From assembly GCA_963800865.1 (NCBI GenBank), contig CAWDCL010000005.1:516477-580476 (forward strand): a stretch of DNA of 64,000 bases, read 5' to 3'. The position numbers and the translations under genes were made by a program. The notes below the pieces were generated by a model. That model was not told the origin of the DNA. It saw only the letters and a list, made by a program, of their open reading frames with translations, and searched no databases. Every line of letters starts with the position of its first letter. The stretch's first letter is position 1. This stretch comes from an uncultured Acidobacteriota bacterium. Lineage in GTDB: Bacteria > Acidobacteriota > Polarisedimenticolia > J045. Below are positions 19,243 to 27,956 of the stretch, one piece after another.

Positions 19243-20135
19243 CGATGAGCTGGAAGGGCGTCCTGCCCGCGATCACCACACCCTTCGCGAAGGGCCTCGC
19301 GGTCGACCACGAGTTCCTCGCCCGGCACGCGGCCTGGCTGGTCGAGCACGGATCGAGCGGGATCGTGGCGCTCGGCTCGCTGGGCGAGGGGGCGACCCTG
19401 TCGTTCGAGGAGAAGATCGCCGTGCTCGAAACGCTCGCCGCGGCGCTCGGGCGGCGCCCGCCGCTGGTGGCCGCCGTGTCGGCGCTCTCGACGGCCGAGG
19501 CGGTGCGCCTGGCGAAGGCCGCCGAGCGCGCGGGCTGCCGCGGCCTGATGATCCTGCCGCCGTACGTCTACTCGACCGACTGGCGCGAGATGAAGGCCCA
19601 CCTCGTCGCGGTCCTCCGCGCGACGGGCCTGTCCTGCATGCTCTACAACAACCCGATCGCCTACCGGACCGACTTCCTGCCCGAGCAGGTGGCCGAGCTG
19701 GCGGCGGAATTCCCGCAACTCGCGGCCGTGAAGGAATCGAGCGCCGACGTGCGGCGCGTCGCCGCGATCCGCGCGCTGCTCGGCGAGCGGCTCGAGATTG
19801 CGGTCGGCGTGGACGACCTGATCGTCGAGGGGATCGACGCCGGCGCCGGCGGCTGGGTCGCCGGGCTGGTCAACGCGCTGCCCGTCGAGTCGGCGCGGCT
19901 CTTCGCACTCGCGCGCGCGGGCAGGCGGGCCGAGGCGCGGGCGCTCTACCGCTGGTTCCTGCCGCTGCTTCGAATGGACACCGTCCCGAAGTTCGTGCAG
20001 CTGATCAAGCTCTGCCAGGAGGTGGCCGGAATGGGGAGCGAGCGCGTGCGGCCGCCGCGCCTCGCGCTCGCCGGCGCCGAGCGGCGGCAGGCCCTGGCAA
20101 CGATCGAGGCGGCGCTCGCGGCACGGCCGCGCTGA
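19239..20135 (+). CDS. DapA-family lyase, probably 1-pyrroline-4-hydroxy-2-carboxylate deaminase
   Basis: PAITTPF...GSSGIVALGSLGEGATLSFEEK...LMILPPYVY: the dihydrodipicolinate-synthase fold. It sits between the D-Hyp dehydrogenase and the semialdehyde dehydrogenase. The start overlaps the upstream stop (ATGA). Confidence 0.75.
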   Translation: MTMSWKGVLPAITTPFAKGLAVDHEFLARHAAWLVEHGSSGIVALGSLGEGATLSFEEKIAVLETLAAALGRRPPLVAAVSALSTAEAVRLAKAAERAGCRGLMILPPYVYSTDWREMKAHLVAVLRATGLSCMLYNNPIAYRTDFLPEQVAELAAEFPQLAAVKESSADVRRVAAIRALLGERLEIAVGVDDLIVEGIDAGAGGWVAGLVNALPVESARLFALARAGRRAEARALYRWFLPLLRMDTVPKFVQLIKLCQEVAGMGSERVRPPRLALAGAERRQALATIEAALAARPR

Positions 20136-20146
20136 AGGGAACGGCG

Positions 20147-21961
20147 ATGACTCTCGAGGGACTCTCGATCGTCGGCGGCTCGCGCCTGCCCGGCTCGGGC
20201 CGCGTGATCTTCGGCGTCGACCCGGCGACCGGCGCGACGCTCGATCCCCCGTACCACCTCGCAGGACCGGAGGACGTCGACCGCGCGGCGCGGCTGGCCG
20301 CGGCGGCGTTCGATGCCTGTCGACGCACCTCCGGCGGCGACCGCGCCGCGTTCCTGGAGGCGATCGCGGACGGGCTCGAGCGGCGCGGCGCGGAGATCGA
20401 GGCGCGCGGCACCGCGGAGACCGCGCTTCCCGGCCCGCGGATCCGCTCCGAACTCGGGCGCACCTGCGGCCAGCTGCGGATGTTCGCGGGGCTGGTGCGG
20501 GAGGGCTCGTGGGTCGACGCGCGGATCGATCGCGGGCAGCCCGCGCGCCAGCCGCTGCCGAAGCCCGACGTGCGCTCGATGCTGCGCGCGCTCGGACCGG
20601 TCGCGGTCTTCGGACCCTCGAACTTCCCGCTGGCCTTCACCGTCGCCGGCGGCGACACCGCGTCGGCGCTGGCGGCCGGCTGCCCGGTCGTGGTCAAGGC
20701 GCACTCGGCGCACCCGGGCACGTCGGAGCTGGCCGGGATGGCGATCGTCGACGCCGCGCGCGCGACCGGGATGCCGGAGGGGATCTTCTCGCTGCTGTTC
20801 GGCGACGGGCGGACCGTCGGGCAGGCGCTCGTCAAGCACCCCGCGATCCGGGCGGTCGGCTTCACCGGCAGCAAGGCCGCGGGACGGGCGCTGATGGACC
20901 TCGCCGCGGCGCGGCCGGAGCCGATCCCCGTCTTCGCCGAGATGGGGAGCCTCAACCCGGTCGTCATCCTGCCGAAGGCGCTCGCCGCGCGGGGCGAGGC
21001 GATCGTCGAGGGGCTGCACGCCTCGGTGACGCTCGGGGTGGGGCAGTTCTGCACGAACCCGGGGCTCGTGCTGGTCGAGGCCGGGCCCGCTGCCGAGGCC
21101 TTCGCTGCCGCGCTCGCGGCGCGCATGGCCGCCACCGCGCCCGGGACGATGCTCTACGCCGACCTGCGGGCGTCGTACGCGATCGGCGTGGCGCGCCTGG
21201 CGAAGCGCGAGGGGGTCGAGACGCTGGCGCTCTCGGACCTGGACTCGGGGCCGGGCCAGTGCCGCGCGACCGCCGCGCTGTTCCGGACCGACGCGACGAC
21301 CTTTCTCGACGACGCGGCGCTCGGCGAGGAGGTCTTCGGCCCGGCGACGCTGCTCGTCGTCCATCGCGGGCCGGAGGAGCTGGAGCGGGTCGTGCGGGCG
21401 TTGGAAGGGCACCTGACCGCGACGGTCCACGCCGAGGCGGACGAGCTCGCGCGAAATGCCGGGCTGCTCTCGCTGCTGGAGACGAAGGTCGGGCGGATCG
21501 TGATCAACGGCTTCCCGACCGGCGTCGAGGTCTGCCCGTCGATGGTCCACGGTGGACCGTACCCGGCCGCGTCGGACGCGCGCTTCACCTCGGTCGGGAC
21601 GCGCGCGATCGCGCGCTTCGCCCGGCCCGTCTGCTACCAGGGCTTCCCCGACGCCGCGCTCCCGCCCGAGCTGCAGGACGCCAACCCGCTCGGCATCGCC
21701 CGCCTCGTCGACGGCGCCCCGGGGATCGCACCGCACCCCCGTAGGGGCGGCCCTCCGTGGCCGCCCGCCCTGGCCATGCGTGGGGCGGGCCGGCACGGAG
21801 GCCGGCCCCTACAGGCCGCGCGACGAATGCCCCGTAGGGGCGGCCCTCCGTGGCCGCCCGACGCGGCCCTCCGTGGCCGCCCGCCCGCGATCAGAGCCGC
21901 GCGACCAGCAGCTCGCGCGTGTAGACGAACTCCTTCGGCAGGGTGCTGTGGAGCTTCATGA
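20147..21961 (+). CDS. alpha-ketoglutarate-semialdehyde dehydrogenase (aldehyde dehydrogenase family); 3' end uncertain
   Basis: [12 protein letters not shown]... and the ALDH motifs ([26 protein letters not shown]). The frame continues without a stop through a REP-like repeat cluster to 21961 and would overlap convergent pckG by about 70 nt. The true stop was probably lost through an indel or displaced by the repeat insertion. Confidence 0.7.
   Translation: MTLEGLSIVGGSRLPGSGRVIFGVDPATGATLDPPYHLAGPEDVDRAARLAAAAFDACRRTSGGDRAAFLEAIADGLERRGAEIEARGTAETALPGPRIRSELGRTCGQLRMFAGLVREGSWVDARIDRGQPARQPLPKPDVRSMLRALGPVAVFGPSNFPLAFTVAGGDTASALAAGCPVVVKAHSAHPGTSELAGMAIVDAARATGMPEGIFSLLFGDGRTVGQALVKHPAIRAVGFTGSKAAGRALMDLAAARPEPIPVFAEMGSLNPVVILPKALAARGEAIVEGLHASVTLGVGQFCTNPGLVLVEAGPAAEAFAAALAARMAATAPGTMLYADLRASYAIGVARLAKREGVETLALSDLDSGPGQCRATAALFRTDATTFLDDAALGEEVFGPATLLVVHRGPEELERVVRALEGHLTATVHAEADELARNAGLLSLLETKVGRIVINGFPTGVEVCPSMVHGGPYPAASDARFTSVGTRAIARFARPVCYQGFPDAALPPELQDANPLGIARLVDGAPGIAPHPRRGGPPWPPALAMRGAGRHGGRPLQAARRMPRRGGPPWPPDAALRGRPPAIRAARPAARACRRTPSAGCCGAS
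21741..21883. repeat. cluster of four REP-like hairpin repeats (GTAGGGGCGGCC-CTCCGT-GGCCGCCC and the variant GGGCCGGC-ACGGAG-GCCGGCCC)
   Basis: Copies at about 21741-21766 (forward), 21787-21812 (reverse variant), 21834-21859 (forward) and 21863-21883 (forward, lacking GTAG). Each has an 8-bp GC stem around a CTCCGT/ACGGAG loop. Confidence 0.6.
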
Positions 21962-23661
21962 ACAGTTCCTCGTGCATCAGGACCTCGCGCCGCAGTTCGT
22001 CCTCGTGCGTCGCCTGGACCCGCTCGAATTCCGCCGGCCCGAAGTCCTCCAGCCCCTCCAGGTCGAAGTTCTCGACCAGCGGCATCCAGCCCAGGATCCC
22101 CTCCTCGGCGCCGACGCGGTAGTGGCAGCGGTCGACGATCCACTCCAGGACGCGCATGTTCTCGCCGAAGCCGGGCCACAGGAAACGGCCCGCTTCGTCC
22201 TTCCGGAACCAGTTGACGTGGAACAGGCGCGGCAGGTGCCGGATCTTCTTCCGCATCTCGATCCAGTGGCGGAAGTAGTCGCCCATGTTGTAGCCGCAGA
22301 AGGGGAGCATGGCCATCGGGTCGCGCCGCACCTGCCCGACGCTGCCGACCGCCGCCGCGGTCGTTTCCGACCCGATCGTCGCGCCGACGTAGACGCCCTG
22401 GACCCAGTTGAAGGCCTGGAAGACGAGCGGCATCGTGTCGCTGCGCCGGCCGCCGAAGATGATCGCGCTGATCGGCACGCCGCGCGGGTCGTCGACCTCC
22501 GGCGCGAGCGCGGGATTGTTGTGCATCGGCGCGGTGAAGCGGCTGTTGGGGTGAGCCGCCGGTTCACTGCTCTCGGGCGTCCAGCGGTTGCCGCGCCAGT
22601 CGATGCACTCGGCCGGCGGCGGGCCGTCCTTCCCTTCCCACCAGATGTCCCCGTCCGGCAGCAGCGCGACGTTGGTGAAGAGCGTGTCCTTCGCGATCGT
22701 GTCCATCGCGTTGGGGTTGCTCCTGCGGTTCGTGCCCGGGACGACGCCGAAATAGCCGGCCTCGGGGTTGATCGCCCAGAGCCGGCCGTCCGGCCCGGGC
22801 TTCATCCACGCGATGTCGTCGCCGATCGTCTCGACCTTCCAGCCGGAGAAGCGCGCCGGCGGGACCATCATCGCGAAGTTGGTCTTGCCGCAGGCGCTGG
22901 GGAACGCCGCCGCGACGAAAGTCGACTCGCCGTGCGGCGAGGTGACCTTGAGGATCAGCATGTGCTCGGCCATCCAGCCCTCGTTGCGGGCCAGGTACGA
23001 GCCGATGCGCAGCGCGAAGCACTTCTTCCCCAGCAGCACGTTGCCGCCGTAGGCGGAGCCGACCGAGATGATCGTGTTCTCGTGCGGGAAGTGCGCGATG
23101 ATCCGGCGGTCGGGGTGGACGTCGAGCATCGCAGTGCACGCCGCGGTTGAAGTCGTCGGAGTCGCCGAGCTGGCGCCAGGCGACCTCGCCCATCCGCGTC
23201 ATGATCCCCATGTTGAGCGCGACGTAGATCGAGTCGGTCAGCTCGACGCCGACCTTGGACATCGGCGAGCCGGCGGGGCCCATGATGTACGGGACGACGT
23301 AGAGCGTGCGGCCCGTCATCGCCCCGTCGAGCAGGCCGTGCAGCTTCTCGAGCATCGCCTTCGGGGGAGCCCAGTTGTTGGTCGGGCCGGCGCTGTCCTT
23401 CCCGTCGGTGCAGATGAAGGTGCACTGCTCGACGCGCGCGACGTCGTTGGGCTTGCTGCGGTGCAGGTAGCAGCCGGGCCACTTCTCCGGGTGGAGCGGG
23501 ATCAGGATCCCGGCCGCGACGGCCTCCCGGGTGAACGCTGCCTTCTCGGCGGGCGATCCGTCGCACCAGTGGATCCGGTCGGGCCGGGTGAGGGCTGCGG
23601 TCTCCTCGACGAAGCGGATTACAGATTGGTTCGTCGTGCTGCAGCGTCCACGCTCGGTCAT
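21891..23661 (-). pseudogene. pckG: GTP-dependent phosphoenolpyruvate carboxykinase with a +1 frameshift
   Basis: N-terminal frame (MTERGRCSTTNQSVIRFVEETAAL...YVVPYIMGPAGSPMSKVGVELTDS...RGVHC) breaks near 23140. The C-terminal frame resumes with (M)[43 protein letters not shown]...[15 protein letters not shown]... and ends at 21891. There is one extra base on the coding strand (..CACTGC-G-ATGCTC..). Confidence 0.8.
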
Positions 23662-23751
23662 GGCGACCCTCCCGGCTTACGCCGTTCGTTCGCCGGATTC
23701 TAGCCTCGGGACGCGGGCGACAGGAGCCGGAGCCGGGGGGAAAATGCCGGC

Positions 23752-24570
23752 ATGAAGAACACACCTCGGCCCGCCGCCGCCGCTGTCCGCGCTTCCGTGT
23801 TGCTCGTCGCCGCAGCCCTTCTCGCCACCGGCGCCGCGGCCGCCGCCGCTCCCGCCGCCGCTCCCAGGCTCCCCGTGCCGGTCACGCGATGCCTCCTGCT
23901 CGTCGACCTGACGACGGGGAAGACGGTACTCCGCGAGGGGGACGCGCAGTGCGCCGAGCGCTTCTCGCCCTGCTCGACCTTCAAGATCCTCAACGCGCTG
24001 ATCGGGCTCCAGACCGGGGTACTGACCGACGAGAACACGACCTATCGCTGGGACGGCAAGGACCGCGGCCGCGAAGCCTGGAACCGCGATCAGACGCTGG
24101 CCAGCGCGATGCGCGACTCCGTGGTCTGGTACTTCCAGCGGGTCGCGGAGGAGATCGGCCCGCGGCGGATGCAGGAGTGGCTCGACCGTGTCGGCTACGG
24201 CAACCGCGACATCTCCGGCGGGCAGAACAGGTTCTGGCTGATGTCGTCGCTGCTGATCTCGGCCGACGAGCAGGCAGCGTTCATCGCGAAGCTCTACCGC
24301 GGCGAGCTGCCGTTCCGGCCGGAGGTCGTGGCGACGGTGAAGAAGATCCTCGTCCAGTCCGACGAGGCCGGGGTCACCTTCAGCGGCAAGACCGGCTCGG
24401 GCGGGTGGGACGACGGCCGGGCGCTGGGGTGGTTCGTCGGCGACGTCAAGGGGCCGAAGGGCGAATCCGTCTTCGCGGTCAACCTGGTCGGGAAGGACGA
24501 CGGGATCGACGGGCGCCGCGCGAGGGAAGTCGCCCGGGAGATGCTTCGGGAACGGGGGCTGCTGCCGTAG
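23752..24570 (+). CDS. class D (OXA-type) beta-lactamase
   Basis: Signal peptide, then S-T-F-K (PCSTFKILNALIGL), YGN (GYGNRDI), K-T-G (SGKTGSG) and W-x-x-G (GWFVG) motifs in the canonical order. Confidence 0.8.
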   Translation: MKNTPRPAAAAVRASVLLVAAALLATGAAAAAAPAAAPRLPVPVTRCLLLVDLTTGKTVLREGDAQCAERFSPCSTFKILNALIGLQTGVLTDENTTYRWDGKDRGREAWNRDQTLASAMRDSVVWYFQRVAEEIGPRRMQEWLDRVGYGNRDISGGQNRFWLMSSLLISADEQAAFIAKLYRGELPFRPEVVATVKKILVQSDEAGVTFSGKTGSGGWDDGRALGWFVGDVKGPKGESVFAVNLVGKDDGIDGRRAREVAREMLRERGLLP

Positions 24571-24605
24571 CGGTCGGCACGCGCTAACATGCACGGCTCC
24601 CGGAG

Positions 24606-25814
24606 GTGCACGCGATGGGCATCGGCAACCCGATGGTCGACGAGAAGCTGGCGCAGGTCCCCCAGATCCTGAAGGAAACGGGCTTCGACGCCTGGCTGCT
24701 GTTCGCGCGCGAGTCGGCGACGCTGCACGACCCGTGCTTCGACCTGGTGGTCGGACCGAACGTCACCTGGCAGTCGGCCTTCATCCTGACGCCGCAGGGC
24801 GACCGGATCGCGATCGTCGGCAGCCTCGACAAGGCCAACCAGGAGATGCACGGCCACTACCCGGAGATCGTCGGCTACGTCGGCGGCGTGTCGGGCGAGC
24901 TGCGCAAGGTGCTGGAGCGGCTCGACCCGAAGCGGATCGCGATCAACCACTCCGTCAACGACACGATGGCCGACGGCCTGACGCACGGGATGTACCTGAC
25001 GCTCGTCGCCGCGCTCGAAGGGACGCCCTACGCGGCGCGGCTCGAGTCCTCCGAGCGGATCGTCGCCGCGCTGCGCGGGCGCAAGTCGGCCAGCGAGCGG
25101 GCGCGGATCGCCGCGGCCTGCGCGCTGACCTGCGACATCTTCGACCGGCTGACGCCGCGGCTGCGCGCGGGGCTGACCGAGAAGCAGGTGGCCGCGCTGA
25201 TCTGCGAGGAGATGGACCGGATCGGCGGGCTGACGCTGGCCTGGGACCCGGACCACTGCCCCGCCGTCTTCACCGGCCCGGAGTCGGCCGGCGCGCACGC
25301 CGGCCCGACCGACCGGCCGATCGAGCCCGGCCACGTGATGAACGTCGACTTCGGCGTGAAGAAGGACGACTACTGCTCGGACCTGCAGCGCACCTGGTAC
25401 TTCCTGCGCCCGGGCGAGAGCGCGGCGCCTTCCGCAGTGCAGCGCGGCTTCGACACGATCGTCGAGTCGATCCGCGCGGCGAAGGCGTTCCTGAAGCCGG
25501 GCGTGAAGGGGGTCGAGGCCGACACGGTCGCGCGCTCGTACATCACCGATCGCGGCTACCCCGAGTACCCGCACGCGCTCGGCCACCAGATCGGCCGCAC
25601 CGCGCACGACGGCGCGGGACTGCTCTGCCCGCGCTGGGAGCGCTACGGGACGCTGCCCGATTCGCTCGTCGAGAAGGACCAGTGCTACACGATCGAGCCG
25701 CGGCTGCCGATCGAGGGGCACGGGATCGCGACCTGCGAGGAGATCGTGGCGGTGACGGCCGACGGCGCGGAGTGGCTGTCGCGGCCGCAGGACCGGCTGT
25801 ACCTGGTGCGCTGA
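24606..25814 (+). CDS. M24-family metallopeptidase (Xaa-Pro aminopeptidase / creatinase-like)
   Basis: 402 aa. The creatinase/prolidase N-domain is followed by HAGPTDRPIEPGHVMNVDFGVKKDDYCSDLQRT...HALGHQIGRTAHD...CYTIEP, the 'pita-bread' metal-binding residues. Confidence 0.75.
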   Translation: MHAMGIGNPMVDEKLAQVPQILKETGFDAWLLFARESATLHDPCFDLVVGPNVTWQSAFILTPQGDRIAIVGSLDKANQEMHGHYPEIVGYVGGVSGELRKVLERLDPKRIAINHSVNDTMADGLTHGMYLTLVAALEGTPYAARLESSERIVAALRGRKSASERARIAAACALTCDIFDRLTPRLRAGLTEKQVAALICEEMDRIGGLTLAWDPDHCPAVFTGPESAGAHAGPTDRPIEPGHVMNVDFGVKKDDYCSDLQRTWYFLRPGESAAPSAVQRGFDTIVESIRAAKAFLKPGVKGVEADTVARSYITDRGYPEYPHALGHQIGRTAHDGAGLLCPRWERYGTLPDSLVEKDQCYTIEPRLPIEGHGIATCEEIVAVTADGAEWLSRPQDRLYLVR

Positions 25815-25862
25815 GTCCGCGACACTCCGTTACCTGCTGCTGACGCCGATCCCGACCGGATC

Positions 25863-25884
25863 TTGACGGGATCCTGACGCCGGC
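25863..25884 (+). promoter_or_regulatory. candidate OmpR-family (KdpE) operator: direct repeat TTGACGGGATC / CTGACGCCGGC with 11-bp periodicity, upstream of the kdp operon
   Basis: TGAC(G/A) motifs at 25841, 25865, 25876 and 25896. The middle pair is 11 bp apart. They lie about 75-95 bp upstream of the first kdp-operon ORF. Confidence 0.2.
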
Positions 25885-25957
25885 GCGCCCATTCCTGACA
25901 ACCCGCTGATGCCCCCTCGGGCTATACCTTCCCGCGTTGGGAGGAAGGAGCGCTGCC

Positions 25958-26122
25958 GTGTCCAACCTGTCCTTCGCCGTGACGCTCTGCGGTTTCTTCG
26001 CGCTGATGTGGGGGTTCCTGCCCGTGTCCGACCTGCTGTTCATCGCCGTGATCGTCGGGTTCTTCGCCCTGACGTGGGGGTTCCTGGTCGTCTGCGACCG
26101 CTCCCGGGAGTCGGTCAAGTGA
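25958..26122 (+). CDS. small two-TM protein with an internal duplication, translationally coupled to kdpF
   Basis: Strong SD (GGGAGGAAGGAG) 7 nt before GTG 25958. 54 aa: [54 protein letters not shown], with the halves [12 protein letters not shown] and [12 protein letters not shown] repeated. The stop overlaps the kdpF GTG (GTGA). Confidence 0.4.
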   Translation: MSNLSFAVTLCGFFALMWGFLPVSDLLFIAVIVGFFALTWGFLVVCDRSRESVK

Positions 26123-26202
26123 TCCTGATGCTGGGACTGCTGCTCGCGATCGTGCTCGCCGGCTACCTCGTCTACGCGCTGCTGGTGCCGGAGCGATTCT
26201 GA
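26119..26202 (+). CDS. kdpF: K+-transporting ATPase subunit F
   Basis: 27 aa, [27 protein letters not shown]: a single TM peptide immediately upstream of kdpA. The stop overlaps the kdpA ATG. Confidence 0.55.
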   Translation: MILMLGLLLAIVLAGYLVYALLVPERF

Positions 26203-27954
26203 TGACCGCCAACGGTGTGCTGCAGATCGCGCTCTACCTGGTCCTGCTCACGGCCGGCGGCTGGCTGCTCGGGCGCCCGATCGCGCGCGCTCTCGATGGG
26301 GAGCGGTCATGGCTCACGCGCGCTCTCGGACCGCTCGAGCGGCTCGTCTACCGGCTCGCGGGAGCCGACCCCGCGCGCGAGATGACGTGGAAGGAGTACG
26401 CGCTCTCCTTCCTGCTGCTCAACGCCGCCGGGCTGGTCGCGCTCTACGCGCTGCTGCGCGTGCAGGGGGTCCTGCCGCTCAATCCCGACCGGCTCCCGGG
26501 GACCTCGCCCCACCTCGCCTTCAACACCGCGACGAGCTTCGCCACGAACACCAACTGGCAGTCCTACGGCGGCGAGACGACGATCAGCACCCTCAGCGCG
26601 ATGCTGGGACTGACGGTCCAGAACTTCGTCTCGGCGGCCGCGGGGATCGCGGTCCTGATGGCGCTGGTGCGCGGGATCGTGCGCCGCTCCGCGGCGAGCG
26701 ATCGGCAACTTCTGGGCCGACCTGGTGCGCGGCACGCTCTACGTGCTGCTGCCGCTGTCGCTGCTGCTCGCCGTCGCGCTCGTCTCGCAGGGGGTGGTCC
26801 AGACCTTCGCGGGGAGCCGCGACGTCCCGCTGCTCCAGCCGGCGACCGACGCCCAGGGCCAACCCGTCTTCAGCCAGAGGCTCGCGCTGGGCCCCGTCGC
26901 CTCGCAGGTGGCGATCAAGCAGCTCGGCACCAACGGCGGCGGCTACTACAACGTCAACTCGGCCCACCCATTCGAGAACCCGACGCCGCTGTCGAATCTC
27001 CTCGAGATGCTGGCGATCCTGCTGATCCCGGCGGCGCTCTGTTTCAGCTTCGGGCACTGGGTGAAGGACATGCGCCAGGGCTGGGCGCTCTACGCGGCGA
27101 TGCTGGTGCTGCTCGGCCTCTTCCTGGCGCTCGCCGCCTGGTCCGAGGCGCAGCCGAACCCCGGGATGGCCGGCCTCGGCGTCGACCAGGCGGCCGCGGC
27201 CGGGAACCCCGGCGGCAACATGGAGGGGAAGGAGGTCCGCTTCGGCATCGCCGGCTCGGCGACCTGGGCCGCCGCGACGACCGCAGCCTCGAACGGCTCG
27301 GTCAACGCGATGCACGACTCCTTCAACCCGCTCGGCGGCCTGGCCGCGATGACGCTGATGGCGCTCGGCGAGGTCGCCTTCGGCGGGGTCGGGTCGGGGC
27401 TCTACGGGATGCTGCTGTTCGTGGTCGTGACCGTGTTCATCTCCGGGCTGATGGTCGGCCGGACACCCGAGTACCTGGGCAAGAAGATCGAGTCGTACGA
27501 GACGAAGATGGCGGCGCTCGGGATCCTCGTCTCGCCGATCGCGGCGCTGGTCGGCACCGCGATTGCGGTCTCGACCGTGGCCGGCTCCGCCGGGACGGCG
27601 AACCCCGGTCCGCACGGTTTCAGCGAGATCCTCTACGCCTTCCTGTCCGCCGCCAACAACAACGGCAGCGCGTTCGCCGGCCTCTCCGCCAACGTCCCGT
27701 TCTACAACACGGCGCTCGGCCTGTGCATGCTGTTCGGCCGCTACTTCATCGTCGTTCCGGTGCTGGCGATCGCCGGGTCGCTCGCGGCCAAGAAGTTCGT
27801 GCCGCCGAGCGCCGGGACGCTGCCGACCCACACGCCCCTGTTCGTGACGCTGCTGCTCGGCGTCGTGCTGATCGTGGGAGCGCTCAACTTCGTCCCGGCG
27901 TTCGCCCTGGGACCGATCGTCGAACAGCTTCAGTTCACTCTCCCGGGGCACTGA
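26202..27954 (+). CDS. kdpA: K+-transporting ATPase subunit A (contains one +1 frameshift near 26697-26700)
   Basis: N-terminus [21 protein letters not shown]... in frame 0 to ..IVRRSAAS. Then [21 protein letters not shown]... continues in frame 1 to the stop at 27954 (compare E. coli RQSTCFIGNAWVDL). There is a single extra base in AGC-G-ATC. Confidence 0.85.
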
Positions 27955-27956
27955 CG

